64,000 nucleotides of DNA, taken from contig NW_026780939.1 of NCBI RefSeq assembly GCF_030144855.1, positions 434,001 to 498,000 on the forward strand, read 5' to 3'. The notes beneath the pieces are model-generated. The model saw only the letters and a program-made list of their open reading frames with translations, was not told where the DNA came from and searched no databases. A program made the translations under genes and the position numbers. This document shows, piece after piece, positions 1 through 13,199 of this stretch (position 1 is the stretch's first letter; each line of letters begins with the position of its first letter). The DNA is from Hypanus sabinus (lineage: Eukaryota).

Positions 1-398
1 TCAGTCTCATGTCTCACCCTACCGGAACCAGTCCTTCTCAAAAGTCTTACTTCCAGTCTAATCCCAACGTCCGGCCCTATGTGTTTGGTCAGTGGAGGGA
101 ATCAGGACTACGCCATGGACACCCAGGCGGTCACGCTTCACAGACAGCGGCGGGAAATGAGTAGAACGTCGGATAATCAAACGGAGAAGGAGAAAGGCCA
201 AGCTACGAGTGAATGAATAAATAAATAAATAGACATCATGTGCCCATTCTTCAGCAATCTCAACTCAATCCAATTCGAAAGGAAGGACCACAACTGCAGA
301 AATGTCCATGGATCTGTTTAATTCCACAAATTTTGCGATGGGGATTGCTGCTAGCGATGCACGATTGGACGTTCCGCTTTACGAGTGCTAGTTATTAG

Positions 399-404
399 TT
401 TATT
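399..404 (-). promoter_or_regulatory. Candidate poly(A) signal of GPCR paralog 1
   Basis: AATAAA on the minus strand at the end of a 3' block conserved among the paralogs. Confidence 0.4.
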
Positions 405-858
405 CTCGAGGGAGTGGACAGACCTGCAAAGGACTCCGTTGCAAGCGGAGACTTGCAGTCTTTTCACGATAACCAGTGTTACTCAGCGTTTCAAAGGCAA
501 AGGCTCTGGCAGCCAATAGCCCTCGCCAGAGGAAAGAGATGTCGCAACATCGAGCGTACCTGAGCAGGCATTCGGGACGTATGGAATACCGGTAGGGCAC
601 ACCGGTTGTAATGCGATGGTGATGTCAATGCTTCGCATGCAAATAATGGTAGCATCACACAATTGGTGGTACTGAGGGAGACATTACAATGAACCCGTGA
701 TGAATGTAAACAGGAAGGAGCAGAGTGGAGGCAGACTGGGGATTCTGTGCCTGCACAGAGGTGTGGAGGGCGGGAGCTATTCAGGGAGGTCCACAGCGGC
801 AATGGAACTGCAGATGCCACTGACGAACAGGGATATTTACGGCGGTATGGGAGAAGCG

Positions 859-1784
859 TCAATGAGGATTAATACTCTCCTGACAACGCAAAATGAACTT
901 TGCCATTAGTCGGAAGGGTGATTTCACCGTCTCCTTCAGCTGCTCCCTGAACCTGGCCTGGACCACGGCGTAAAGGGCCGTGTTGGTGCAGCAGCTCAGC
1001 GGTTGCAGCATGTAGCCCAGCTCCCGCAGAAATTTCGGGGGTATCAGTAAAACGGAAAGACTGAGGATCTCCCATACGGAATACACCGTCAGCAGCGCCC
1101 ACAGCAGGATGAAATTCCCCGACATCGCCAGCAGTAACAGAAGGGATTGCCTGCGGTTCTTCATCTCCGGGTCGGCGGGCTTCTCTCCATCGCGAGAACC
1201 ACGGAGTCTCCTCCGGGCTCGGCTGGCCACGAAGACGTGCCTGGCGGTTAAACTGTTTAACAGCAAAATCAGGATAAAGGGTAATATAGGGGTGAAGACG
1301 AAATGAATCGCCAGAAATGTTGCCAGCTGAGGTGGGGATAATAAACGGTAACTGCCATAACACACCAGGGACGTACCTAATACCGAATATGACCCTTCGA
1401 GCAAAAAGTACCAGAATATGTTCTTTACGCAGCTCAGCAAAGTCACTGTCCCCAGAACCAGAGCCGCCGCTCTCCCAGTGCAGTATTTTCGTTTCAGTTT
1501 CTGAAAACAAATGGCGACAAATCGATCAAAGGTGAAAGTGACTGTGAACCAGACACAACAGTCTGTGGCGGCGTAGAGCACGACGGCGTGGATATTGCAC
1601 ACAGGAACGCGATGCGACCAGAGGAAAACCTCTTCTGGAATGTAAGCCACTGGAATCTTGTTCAAAACCAGATCAAAGAGAACGACGAGCTGATCCGCTG
1701 CTACCATGGCAACTAGGTACCGTGTGACGCCTTTGGAGAGACCGCACTTTCCCCGCGAAAGGATAACTAATGTCACCACGTTCA
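859..1784 (-). CDS. Orphan class A GPCR paralog 1 (GPR139/142-like), coding exon 2 (end of TM1 to TM7 and C-tail)
   Basis: Open frame with TM2 AMVAADQ, TM3 PVC...TFDRFVAIC, TM7 SCCTNTALY. Acceptor ctctccgcacAG ends at 1785; phase 1 join gives LP-V-NVVT. With exon 1 the CDS is 1098 nt (365 aa). Confidence 0.92.
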
Positions 1785-2579
1785 CTGTGCGGAGAGAAAT
1801 GAAGACCATTAACACTCATTTTGATGGAAACATTGTATTACTTTTATGGTCAACACTTCCGACTGCAGAGGTGAATATGGAATTAATATTTCTGCTGAGG
1901 AGATTATCGGGAGCCATTACTAAATCGGTAGTGTATAAAATGTACTTGCTGAAGTTCACAAGAATAAGGGGAACCTCACTGAAACATGTCGGATATTGAA
2001 AGGCCGAGACATCGTGGACTTAGAGAGGTAGCTTCTGTAGTTGGGGAGTCTGCACTTGAAGACGATACTTCACAATAGGACGACATCCTTTTGGATCAGA
2101 GATGGGAGCAATTTCCTTACACAAATACTGGTGAATGTGTGGAATTATTCGCTAAAGACGGCTACGAGGGTCGGTTCATTGGAACCTTTTTCAGCGGAGA
2201 GTGATAGGCACTTGATTCGTCGGGGTGTCAGTGGATACGGAGAGTGGACGCCAGAATGTGGTTTAGAGGGATGATAAATCAGCAATGATGGAGAAGACTC
2301 GGTTCTCTAATGGCTAAATTCAGCTGCCGTGTCCTGTGGGCTAATCAGGGACATTAATGAATTGCTGGAATGTATGCTGATCTTTGCCGTCAGAAAGAGG
2401 AATTGAGACCGAGAGGGTTCAAGAGAATAATAAAGTGATTAATATGCCATGAATCACGGTAATAGAATTTCAGGTCCCCTCAGCTGTAAACAGGAGAGAA
2501 AAAGAAAACATAAGAAGATTAGCAATAGTATCAGGAATAGTCCATCTGTTCGAGCAGGCATGATCTGGCAATGAAACTG

Positions 2580-4870
2580 ATCACGGCGGATCCAGAAACA
2601 GAAATACAGAAAATCTACAGCACAATGCAGGCTACTCGGCCGACAAATTTGTGCCGAACATGTCCCCAACTAAGAAATGACGAGGCTGACCCACAGCCCT
2701 CTATTATTCTAACCTCATAATAACTATCCAAAAGTCTCTTCAAAGACCCTCTCGTGTCCGCCTCCACCACCGTAGACAGACAGCACATTCAACATACTCA
2801 CAACTCTCTGCATTACAAAAATCCCCATGACATCTCCTCTGTACGTACAACCAAGCACTTTACCTCTCAGCTCCTAAAACGAATTCAACTATTAATGACG
2901 GTGAATACACCATGTGCCTTCTTAACTACAAAGTCAACCTGTGCAGCTGCTTTGAGCACCCTATGTACTCGAACCCCAAGATCCCTCTGATCCTCCATAC
3001 TACAAACAGTCTTACCATTAATGCTATAATCTGCAGTAATATTTTATCGACTAAAATAAGCCACTTTGGACTGATCTGGGTTGAATTCCATCTACCTGTC
3101 CAGTTGTGCATCTTATCAATACCTCGCTGTAACCTCTGACAGCCCTCCACACGATCCACAACACCTCCAACCTTTGTGTCACCAGCACATATGCTAATCC
3201 ATCCCTCCACTTCCTCATCCAGTACATTTACAAAATCACGAAATGTACGGTTGCCGCAATAGATCACTGAGGCACACAACTTGTCTCCGACCAGAATATG
3301 ACCTGTCGACAACCAATTTTTGCCTTCGGTGGGAAGACATGTGCTGGAGTCACTAAGCAATGTCCCCTTGGATCCGATGCCTCCTTACTTGCTCAATAAG
3401 CCTTGCATTGGGTACCTTATGAAATGATTTACTGAAATCCATACGCTCTGCATCTGCTCTTCCTTCATCATTGTGTTTCGTCACATCCGCAAAAAATAAA
3501 ATCAGGCTCGTAAGGCACGATCTGCCCTTGCCAATGCAAAGCTGACTACTCCTAATCATATTAATCTTCTCTAAATTTCGCATAAATATTGCCTCTCAAG
3601 ATCCTCTCCAACAATTTACCAACCACTGATCACACCTACATACCGTTTCCCCATAGCTCTTAATTCTTACAACATGCAAAAGCCAGTGACAGCCAGTCTT
3701 AAATATACAAATTCAGGTAGCCTCCACTGCTTCGTTTGAGCAGATAATTCCACAGATTCACTACCCTCTGAGGAAAACGTTCATCCTCATCACGGTCCTA
3801 AATCCACATGCTGTTTCCCGTTGATTTGTCGCACTTACCAGTGGAAACAACTTTGCTGCCACAGTCGTATCTATCCTTGCCGTAATTTTATATGTTCGCA
3901 GAAGATTTCCTCTTATCTTTCAACTCCTTTGCCTCTGATATTCGAACCACCTCATCTCCGAATCAGCTGGTGAACCGTCTACACAGACAGTTTATCAATC
4001 CTCAAGTCGGAAGACCGGAACTGCACAGAACTCCGGATGCCGCCTCACCAGTACCTTGTGCAGTTGCAGCATGACCACCCTCCTCTTAACTTCAATCCCT
4101 CTGCCAACAAAGACGAACTTCCAATTTGGTAGGCTGTTGCATCTGCAAACCAATCTTTTATAATTCAAGCACAAGCACTCCAAAGTGCCTGCGCACAACA
4201 GCATACTGCAATAGTTTACTATTTAAATAATATTCTCTCCTTCCATTTCCCTTCCCAAGTGGATGACCTCGCATTTTCCAACTTTTCACTCAGTCTTCCA
4301 GAAGCTGGTACTTTCGCTGAACATATTAATATGCCTTTGCACTCTTTGTCTAATGGCAATGATGATGACCACGTGGCCTCATGCTTTTAACTGGTGAGAC
4401 GTCGGAGCTACTTATTTATTTGTTTAAGTAATTCCGTTAATACTATATTCTGCTATCATAATTGACCTTCCAAAATGAGCGAACTCACACTTATCTGTGT
4501 TGAACTGCATCTGCCTCGTCTTAGGGCAGATTTGCATCCTATCAATATCCCGCTGTAACCTCTGGCCGACCTCCTGAATATCCACCACATCTCCAACCTT
4601 TGTGCAATCAGAAAAGTTACTAAACCATCGCTCCATTTCCTCCCCAGGTCATTTGTAAAATTCACGAAGAGTTGGGGTGCCAGGACGGAACCCTGAGGCA
4701 CACCACTGCTCAGCGACCTCAATGCAGAATGTGACCGTCTACAACAACAGTTTTACTTCTGTGGGCAAGACCTGTCTGGATCCACATAGCAATGTGCCCT
4801 AGGATCACATGCCTCCTTACTTTCATAATAAGAATTGCATGGGGTACCTTATCAAATACAGTCAGCCGAC
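2580..4870 (-). mobile_element. Stacked CR1-type LINE ORF2 (RT) fragments in the intron of GPCR paralog 1
   Basis: Degenerate RT ORFs (FSKSFHKVP, SGVPQGSVLAP, CTKVGDVVD) and a CR1 3' tail near 2590. Confidence 0.8.
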
Positions 4871-4996
4871 GTTTGCTGCAGCGATACCGGTTGGAAAGAC
4901 CTGCCGTGCAATAAGCAAGTCTTTAAGAGACAGGTATGGAAGAGAAGCTGACTTATATTTTTCAACGTAATCATGAGGAAAAGACATGACACTTAC

Positions 4997-5168
4997 CAGG
5001 AAGAGCAACAATGGCGAGCATAGGGTAGTAACCCACTTGGAATGTCCCCAGCGCCATAGAGATTCGATACTCCAGCTTCAGGCTATTGACAAAATATTGC
5101 GTCGTCCAGAAAATATTCTTCACAATTCCCGTAGCGTTGCGCGATGTATTTTGAAGATTATGGTCCAT
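4997..5168 (-). CDS. GPCR paralog 1, coding exon 1 (N-terminus with NTS/NAT sequons and first half of TM1)
   Basis: MDHNLQNTSRNAT...YYPMLAIVALP followed by G|GTAAGT donor at 4996; homologous exon found in both other paralogs. Confidence 0.88.
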
Positions 5169-5879
5169 TGCTCAGAGAGTCCAGACTCCTGCTCACGATC
5201 CAGTCTATCTCTCTCTCTGCAGCAGCTGATCTCTGATCGCGTAGACTGTCGGCTCTCACCGAAACTGTCATGTGAGGGGTTCTGTACACACTAATAGTGC
5301 AGGCAACCAGTAGCCACACCTCCGTGGTGACGTCGTCAATCCCCACGGATACTCCCATAATTTGTTTATTTGGAATGACAGGTGCAGTGAACCTTTTTTT
5401 TGTTTTCAGACCGTCAGAGAAGCAGTACAGACACAGATTGGAAGTGTATCTAATAGTCCCAGCCGTCGGCCGTCCACGGATATGTGCCGTTTCTGTAAGT
5501 GGACACACAATTGAAAATTATTGGCACACAGTTAGACACTGATATACAACCAGTCTTGAAAGGAAGTCACACGCAGAAAATACTAATTAAAAATAAAACA
5601 AACAAGAATAAAGATATAAATAGATTTAAAATAATTTTTGCATAGATAGTTCTTAACAATCATAGTTGCATAGGTTGCTTGAAAATGATATCGAGTTAGG
5701 TAATTCTAAAATAATGATTTTCAGAAAAAGAGTTTTGCCAAGCGACAAATCAGGTCTTCGGGTGATTTCGGAGGAGAGGACTTCAATCGCCACGGGCATA
5801 AAAGGTGACAGCTGGTGAAAAACAGCTTTGACCAGAGACCAGGGGGCTTTTCTCGTTTGTTTGCAGGGGCAACTGCAGT

Positions 5880-6250
5880 ATCCACCGCCTGAATGGACCG
5901 TCAAGCAGGTGATCTTCAGGCTTCTGCTCGCGGAGGCGTCAGCGCAATGAGTCTTTAGTCAATGCACGCAAATAGAAGAAAAACACTTGGCTATGAGCTT
6001 TTTATTCCCTTCCATTCTGTATATCTGATCAGATTGGATAACCGAGATGCCAGGCAGGATGGTTGAATGCTCCTGTTGCGGAATCTGGGATGGCATAGAC
6101 AACTCTAGTTACCCTGACGACGATATCCGCGAGAGCTGCGTTCAGCTGCAGCTTCAGACAATCCGCGTTAAAGAGCTGGATGTGGAACTGGAGGAGCTCC
6201 AGATCATTCGGGAGGCTGAATTGGCGATAGACAGGACAGACAGTGCGAAC
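5880..6250 (+). mobile_element. Old CR1 5' end (5'UTR and ORF1 N-terminus), head-to-head with GPCR paralog 1
   Basis: ORF 6047 MPGRMVECSCCGIWD...CVQLQL...ELEELQIIRE matches the CxxC plus coiled-coil ORF1 start seen at 52084-52325. Confidence 0.7.
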
Positions 6251-6429
6251 AAACAACTCACTTCATTCAGATGTATTATAGTTCGGCTTTAAGGTGTATG
6301 AACATATCAAGGAAGATTTTGAAGCCAAGTGGGCTGTTCATTGATCTCACCTCAGCGGGACGGAGTCTTTTTTTTTTTGAGCCTACACGAGAATAAAGGG
6401 GAACGTTCGTAATGGGCGCGGGTCTTCAT

Positions 6430-7330
6430 TTATTTAGACGGCTTAAACGATATCATCAGAGTTCCTGGAGGGGAGATTATTTAGCATCACGGATGATGCT
6501 GATGTTACCCTGCCAACCACCGCATGGAAGACTGTACTGGAGACAACAGACTGGTAGAACATGACGAAAGAAATGAATGGACACTCCAAAGGACCTGAGC
6601 CTCGTTTTGAAATAGAGGTGAATCTGGCCCTTCTTGTACACAGTCTCTGTGCTGGGGCTGCACTCAAGTCTGTCATCCAGGTGCACCCCCAGCTACTTGT
6701 AGGTACTCATCACATCAACGTCCCCGCAATCAATAGTGAGGAGGAGCAGGTCATCCTTCGTCATACTGAAGTCCATCACTATCTGCTTTGTCTTACTGAT
6801 GCCAAGCGGATCAGCTTGCTTCAGTTCACAAAGTCTTCCACCAGTACCCTGTATTCGCCCTCCCGTCATCCATTTAAACTCCCAAATATTACAGAGTCAG
6901 CAGATCATTTCTGCAGATGACATGAGTTATTGTTCTATCAGAAGATAGAGCGTATACAGAGTAAAGAGGAAGCGAGCCAGTATAGATCCCTGAGGGCACA
7001 TAGTGCCACTTATAGCCTTGTCTAAAGCACAGCTCTGAAGCGGCACAGACTGTAATCTGCCAGTCAGGGAGTCCATTATCCAGGATACAATATATCCGGG
7101 TAAGATGTTTTTTTATGAAACAGTAAGACGTTGCTGAGGATTTACAGAGCCGTGCAGAACTTATTTAGCCTCCTGAAGAATTAGAAGTTTTGGTCAGCGA
7201 TCTTGCTCAGACGTCAATGTGCCGGACCAACCCAGGTCTACTCGCGATGTTCACATGCACATACTTGATTTAGGTACCATTGACCTGAACAGGAGCTTGT
7301 GGATGAGCTCCGACATTCCTGAAATCAATA
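6430..7330 (-). mobile_element. Rex1/Babar-like LINE RT fragment
   Basis: Degenerate RT C-terminal motif FYQSVVSSTVFHAVV and related fragments. Confidence 0.6.
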
Positions 7331-8679
7331 TCTAGCTCTTGTGTTCTGCCGCCAGTGAAGGAAATCTGAACTATTCATGGAAGATGCAAAGTTACAACGG
7401 GAAATCCTACAAAAGTACTGGATTTGACCCAGTGCACTCCGGGTTAAGCCCTCACCACCATTCAGCGCATCTGCACTGAGCGCTGTCGCTCCAAAACAGC
7501 ATCCAGCATGAAGGAGTCCCAGCTCCCAGGACATGAACTCTTTTCGCTATTGCCGTCATGTAGAAGGGCCAGGAGTCCCCATGTCACTCACTACCAGTTT
7601 TGAGAACAGTTGTTACGGACGCGATTATCACGCTCTTGAACTCGGGGTACGAACCGCACTCAATTTCACCCGGTGGATCACTAAACTGTTCCCACAGCCT
7701 ATGGATGCATATTAATACACTCTTCATCTCCTTCTCGATATTTATTGCGTATTGACTTGTTATTACTATTTTTATTGATTTCCAAATTTCATCTTTTCAT
7801 ATTGTTGTTTTGTGTGTTTTTGAACGTCTTATTCGCTGCTGTCTTTCATTCAATCTACAGCGTTCCTTCTATTAAATATGCATGCCCACAAGAAATCGCA
7901 CCTCATTCATTTTTGTTTCTGGTGGCATAAACCCACTCCCACAATGCATTAACTTTGAACATTGAAAACGTAACTTTTGTAGTGTCTTGCTTTAGATACG
8001 CCTAGCGGACAGTAGATGGCGCCATGAGTGAGCAAACGGATGAACAGGAATAAGCCTTTAAAATAAAGCGATTCCAGCCCTCAGAAAATCATTCCGCTAT
8101 GTGCCTCTGCACCAGGCGTCTTCAGGACGACTAAGTGAGTTGGAACTGTCCCAACAGAGGCACTAACGATTACGGCAAACAGGTGATGACTGGGGAGTTT
8201 TTTCAGTTGTGATGATTGAGAAGAAATAAATGTTGGCTTCTGCGGTTAGTCCATGCGCGTCAAGTGCATCGATATGAAATTACTGAAAAATATTACAAAC
8301 GCTCAGGAAATGACATCACATGATCATCCCATCTGCATTAACAAAGTTGTTGTTCCACCACTTCCACTCCTCTGCTCCTTCCTATGTCTGGCTGCAGCCG
8401 GTGTAAAACGTCCCTCTCTGAAGTTGTCCGCCTCTCACTTTATGTATCTGCGTTCTGGTATTTGACATATTCAGCTTCGCAGAGGTCTGAGTGTTCGGTG
8501 CCTGTGGAAAGTGTTCTGTCTCCTTGAAAGTTGTATAGTTTTTCAACATTGAATCACATTGGATTTAATTTGCCTTTTATGAAACTGATCCACCATAAAA
8601 AGACAAGTCGTGTCAAAGTGAAAACAGAAACAGAGTGATCGAAATTGCATACAAATTAAACAGCATAACCATTGATAGC

Positions 8680-9570
8680 ATCGGTATTCACCGCCTGAAA
8701 TATAACACATCAAATCATCGCTGATGCAGCTAATTGTTTTAGAAGTCACATAATCCAAACAAGGTGGCCACATTGATACTGCTGGTGAGTCAGTATCCTT
8801 GCAAAAACTACACCACTGAGACAAAAGTACACACCAACCAGGTCTGCGAAATTGCTATTGGCAAGCACAAGTCAGGAGATGGGTACAAGACATTTTCAAC
8901 GTCACAGTTGGAGGACATTTAAGTCAATTATCAAAGGAATGGCAAGAATACGGCACAGCTGTATGTCTACGCCCAACAGGCCGAACTCAAATACTGAGTC
9001 ACCGTGCAATAAAGGGACAACTGAGGGAGGCAACTAAGAGACCTACAACAACACTGAAGAAGATACACGTTTCAGTGTTGGAGTTGGCAAAGTCTGTGCA
9101 TGAAATAACTGTTTTCCTGGTGTTTCAGCAGCCACAGTATTATGGGGGATAGCAAAGAGAAAGCTGTTAAAAGAAAGACTCATATGAAACCTTAGCCAGA
9201 GTTAGCCAGAAGACATGTGGGAGAATCTGAAGTCAGCTGGAAGAAGTTTCTGCTGTCTGATGAAACACAATTGAGTATTTTGGCTTATGGGAACAACAGC
9301 TAAATGCTATGTCTCACACAAGGCAAACATCGCTTCGCATCAGAAAGACACCGTCCTGACCGTGAAGCATGGTAATGGCGGCATCTGGCTTTGAAGCTTG
9401 TGAAGGTAGAGGGCAAAATCAATGAAGAAAAACACAGGGGAATTCTGGAGGACAGCTGGAAGCTGTTTACAAGAGAACCAGGACTTCAGAGTAGATTTGT
9501 TTTCCAGCAGGACGAATGCCACAGTCATATAGCCAATACGCCACAAAAATGGTTATAAGACAAGGCAGTT
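8680..9570 (+). mobile_element. Degenerate Tc1/mariner transposon
   Basis: Broken transposase motifs: SGDGYK, (W)SDETxIE-like, TVKHG, FQQD. Confidence 0.7.
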
Positions 9571-10959
9571 AAAAAGGTAGGGAGAGGAGAAAAAGGCGAG
9601 CTGGAACGTGATAAGTGAAGACTGGTGAGACGGAGCGTTCAGGAGCTGGAGACGAAGGAATCTGATAGGAATGGATAGCTGACTATACGATAAACGGATG
9701 GAGAAGGGAGCACGGGGGAAGTAATAGTCACGTGGGAAGAGGTGAAAGGTCAGTGTGGAATAAAGAAATAGTGGGGATCGCGGTTCGGTCCAGGGTTAGA
9801 GAAAGTTCAAAGTGGGATTAATTTCTCGAGGTACCAATCCACCTCTTGGGTACAGATATCTCCACTTTCTCTCTTTTCCAGTCTTTCACCTTCAACTCCC
9901 CCCCCAAATCGCTTCACCTGTCACCTTTATGATCGCTTCCTTTCCTGCTTCCCATTCATTCCTCGGCCGCCCACTTTGTGGGCACCAGCAGCCCGCAGTC
10001 TGTACCTCAAAGCCAGGTAACTCGCAATTCCAGCTCCGTTCAGATGGCGGAGTCGAGGGATATGGTGAGAGGCAGGAACATGGTACTGATTGTGGATGAT
10101 CAGATACGATCACATTCAATGGCGGTGCTGGCTTTAAGTGCTGACTGGCCTACACCTGCCCCTATTGTCTCTTGTCTAATGTCTAAAGCCTGGCACTTGA
10201 CGTAGCCATTCTTGTCATTGCTCCATCAAAATCTTTGTAATCGCCACAACATCATAGCTCTTCAAATCTATCTAACTTTAGGAAAGTCTGCATGAGGAAT
10301 CTCGAATCCCTTAGCACCTCTGACTTTGATTGATTTTCCTGATCAATGCCACAGTCTGCACCTTTATTAGATCCACCAAAATGCATGATCATACAGTTCC
10401 CGAATTCAGTTCTATTGTATTGATTTTATTTCTTCTTCGTTCATATACATGCGGACCAACAACCTTTACTACGGCCAAATGTGAAATGTGTAATCATAGT
10501 TCATTTATGTTAATAAATACATGTACTTTGACCTATCTCCGTGTCGTCTGCAAACTTTGCAACAAAGCCATCAATTCCATTCAAATCATAGACATTTATC
10601 GTAAAAATAATCATTGGCAACACAGACACCTGTGGACACTATTAGTCACCTGCAGCCAAACAGGAAAGGCTCCTTTAATTTCAAATCTTTGTCTCATGAC
10701 AATCAGCCATTAATATATCCATCGTTTGAATCGCAGAGCCTGATGAGATATTTGCCTATTCTTTCGTTTGTCGACATTGACTTTATTTCCCTTCAACACC
10801 CAAAATTGGTTTCGCTTGCCAACATTTGCTAAGAATCTCCAAAGATTGCAGTCATATTCACGGAACACAGTTACAGCCCGACGGATCAACCAATCAGTGC
10901 CGGGTTCATATCACTCTGATTGCCACCCCTCCATGTATATCCCAATTTGGTTCTTAATT

Positions 10960-11660
10960 ATACTCTCGTCTGTTTTTCAACCACTCTCTCTGGTATATTT
11001 TCACTTGCAATCAACTCCATCCACGTACGTAAAAAAAAAATCCTTCCGCTCCCACCGAAAACTCTCTCTCATCCCATTCGATCCTATTTCACCTGCTTTT
11101 GCCTCTTGTTATTCAGGTCATTCCTGAAACGCGGTCTTAGTGAAAGCGACTCCTTTTAATCCATCCTACTCCCTTACCAAAACGCATGTTCACAAGATTT
11201 TATCATACCTATCCAGTATCTCAAAAGACCCTTATCATCCACCTCGACTATGCCTGTTCAAATTCAAAAGAAACTTCTGCAAGTTCGTCCCTCATTCTAT
11301 CAAGTTCCAAGTATCCTACTATTCTCCATGCCTCAAGCCCTCTAGTGTTGGGTACATGTCCATCACTCTTTTCTGCCTTTGCTCCTGCACAGCCGCAACT
11401 TTGCATGGTGACCAAATACTGCACTGAGTATTCCAAGTGCGCCCTCATCGACAACTCAAAGAACTGCAACATGATCTCAAAGCGTCTCTGCTAAAATACC
11501 TGTCTGAGCAATTCTGGCGCACTGAACGCTACTTGTCGATTGCTGACCTGTAATCGTTTTCTGTATGAGATCCTCTGCTTGGGATTTGAATCTACAGGAC
11601 TCTCAAAGCTGCTGCGCAGGTTGACTCTGTGGTTAAGAAGGCATAAGTTTGTCGTACTGC
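10960..11660 (-). mobile_element. CR1 3' fragment with an inverted 5' piece (11490-11660 on +)
   Basis: Minus-strand MLQ..RAHLEYSVQ RT end, joined to a plus-strand TLKAAAQVDSVVKKA-type segment. Confidence 0.65.
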
Positions 11661-12400
11661 CTCTCAGTTTGTAATCCATCCCCTCATCCCCTCATCCCGC
11701 TGAATCCACACTGCCTCTCTTCGTTTCCAATCCCGGTGAAGGAACTCTCTCCGACGTGTCAGCTGTTCATTCCCTCATTTAGAAACCAGGACATGGAATA
11801 TTACGGCACACGAAGAGACCCGTCGTCCCACAATGATTTGCTGACGCAATTGAATTAGTAACATAACGGCAATCATTTTTTTCTGCTTATATAATGACAG
11901 TATCCTTAAATTTTCCTCATAGGCACAGATATGTCTCAGATACCGCAGGCAGCTGTGCAGACCAAGCCGTTGGATATATTCAGGGCAGTTGTTGATGTTT
12001 TTTGATAGGTCAGGGCAAGAAGAGATACAGGGCAAGGCAGGAGATTTGGGCTGCGAAGGAAATTATTTCAGCCATGATAAAATGGAAAAGCAGACTCGAT
12101 GGGCAAAGTGGCCAAAATCTGCTCCAATGTCGCATGTTCTGATGGTCGGAATGTCAGGATTCTTCGCGGGGACAGAAACTTTGGTGGTGCCCCGTCCAAA
12201 TCCTCGCCCGGTTTGATCGGGGGCTGAGTGGTTATGAATGAGAAATACGCGTTATCATTCAGGAAGAAGATTTGGACGCAGCTGGACTAATCCGGCGGAC
12301 CGCAAGGAGCAAAATTCGACAGTTGGCCAGATAATCTACAAAAATAAAAATTAATAGATGCTGCCTGACCAGTGAGTTTCTCCAGCAATTTGTGTGTGAT

Positions 12401-12644
12401 TGTCACGGACCCCGTGACCGGTATACAGAACCAAGAGGAATGGAGAACACTCTGGAGTTTGGTATCCTATAAACTAATAACTTTTATTAGTATCTAAGCA
12501 ATGCAGTAATATCGATGTAAATAAATCAAACGGGTTAGCATTATATATACTTAAGTGTGAAAACAGGAAATAACTAGGCTCTTTCAAACCTAGATATGAT
12601 GAGGAGAGTTCAGTTCAATTCGAGGTCATTTGTTGTAACGTTGC

Positions 12645-12721
<77 letters not shown>

Positions 12722-13192
12722 TGAGAGGTGATGCCGTCGATCTTCCCGTTGTCTTCCGAAGTCCTCTTGTGTTCAGCAACTATGACATGGTACGAATTAC
12801 CAACCAGGCAACGATGGACACAAACATTTTTCCCCGCCGGTCGCGCCTTTTCACACAGTGAGCAACTGATCGATTTCCCCGAATCGAACCTCCGATAACT
12901 CCGCCTTCCTCTGTGTGCAACAGAGCTCGTCCAGTGTCCGTACCGTGTGTCTCGTGGTGTGTGCGTCTGTGTAACAGCGGACCTGGCTTTTATCTCTCCA
13001 TGTTGGACACCAGCTGTCTATCAAAATGCTCCGTCCTCCACTTTCTGCAGGAACTCTACAAGCGGGCAAGTGCCCTCGCAGAAAAGGTAAACAAGCTGGC
13101 AGAGAAACCAGAACATCAACCTTCCGAGTAGTTTCTGTCCCTCTCTCCAAACAGCAGCAGATTTCATAGGGTCTATTCTGGACCCCGTTTCA
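12401..13192 (-). mobile_element. Probable solo LTR with internal (GA)n
   Basis: Termini TGAAACGGGGTCC...GGGGTCCGTGACA on the minus strand; internal similarity to 49385-49520; no clear TSD. Confidence 0.5.
12647..12718 (+). repeat. (GA)n microsatellite
   Basis: Direct reading. Confidence 0.95.
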
Positions 13193-13199
13193 AACTAGG

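Noticed and set aside
1785-1815. ORF-track starts (MLMVF, MFTSK, MFPCK) as true GPCR starts or a conserved short isoform
   Set aside because: They lie in the intron over the branch point and polypyrimidine tract; a proper exon 1 with matching phase exists for each paralog.
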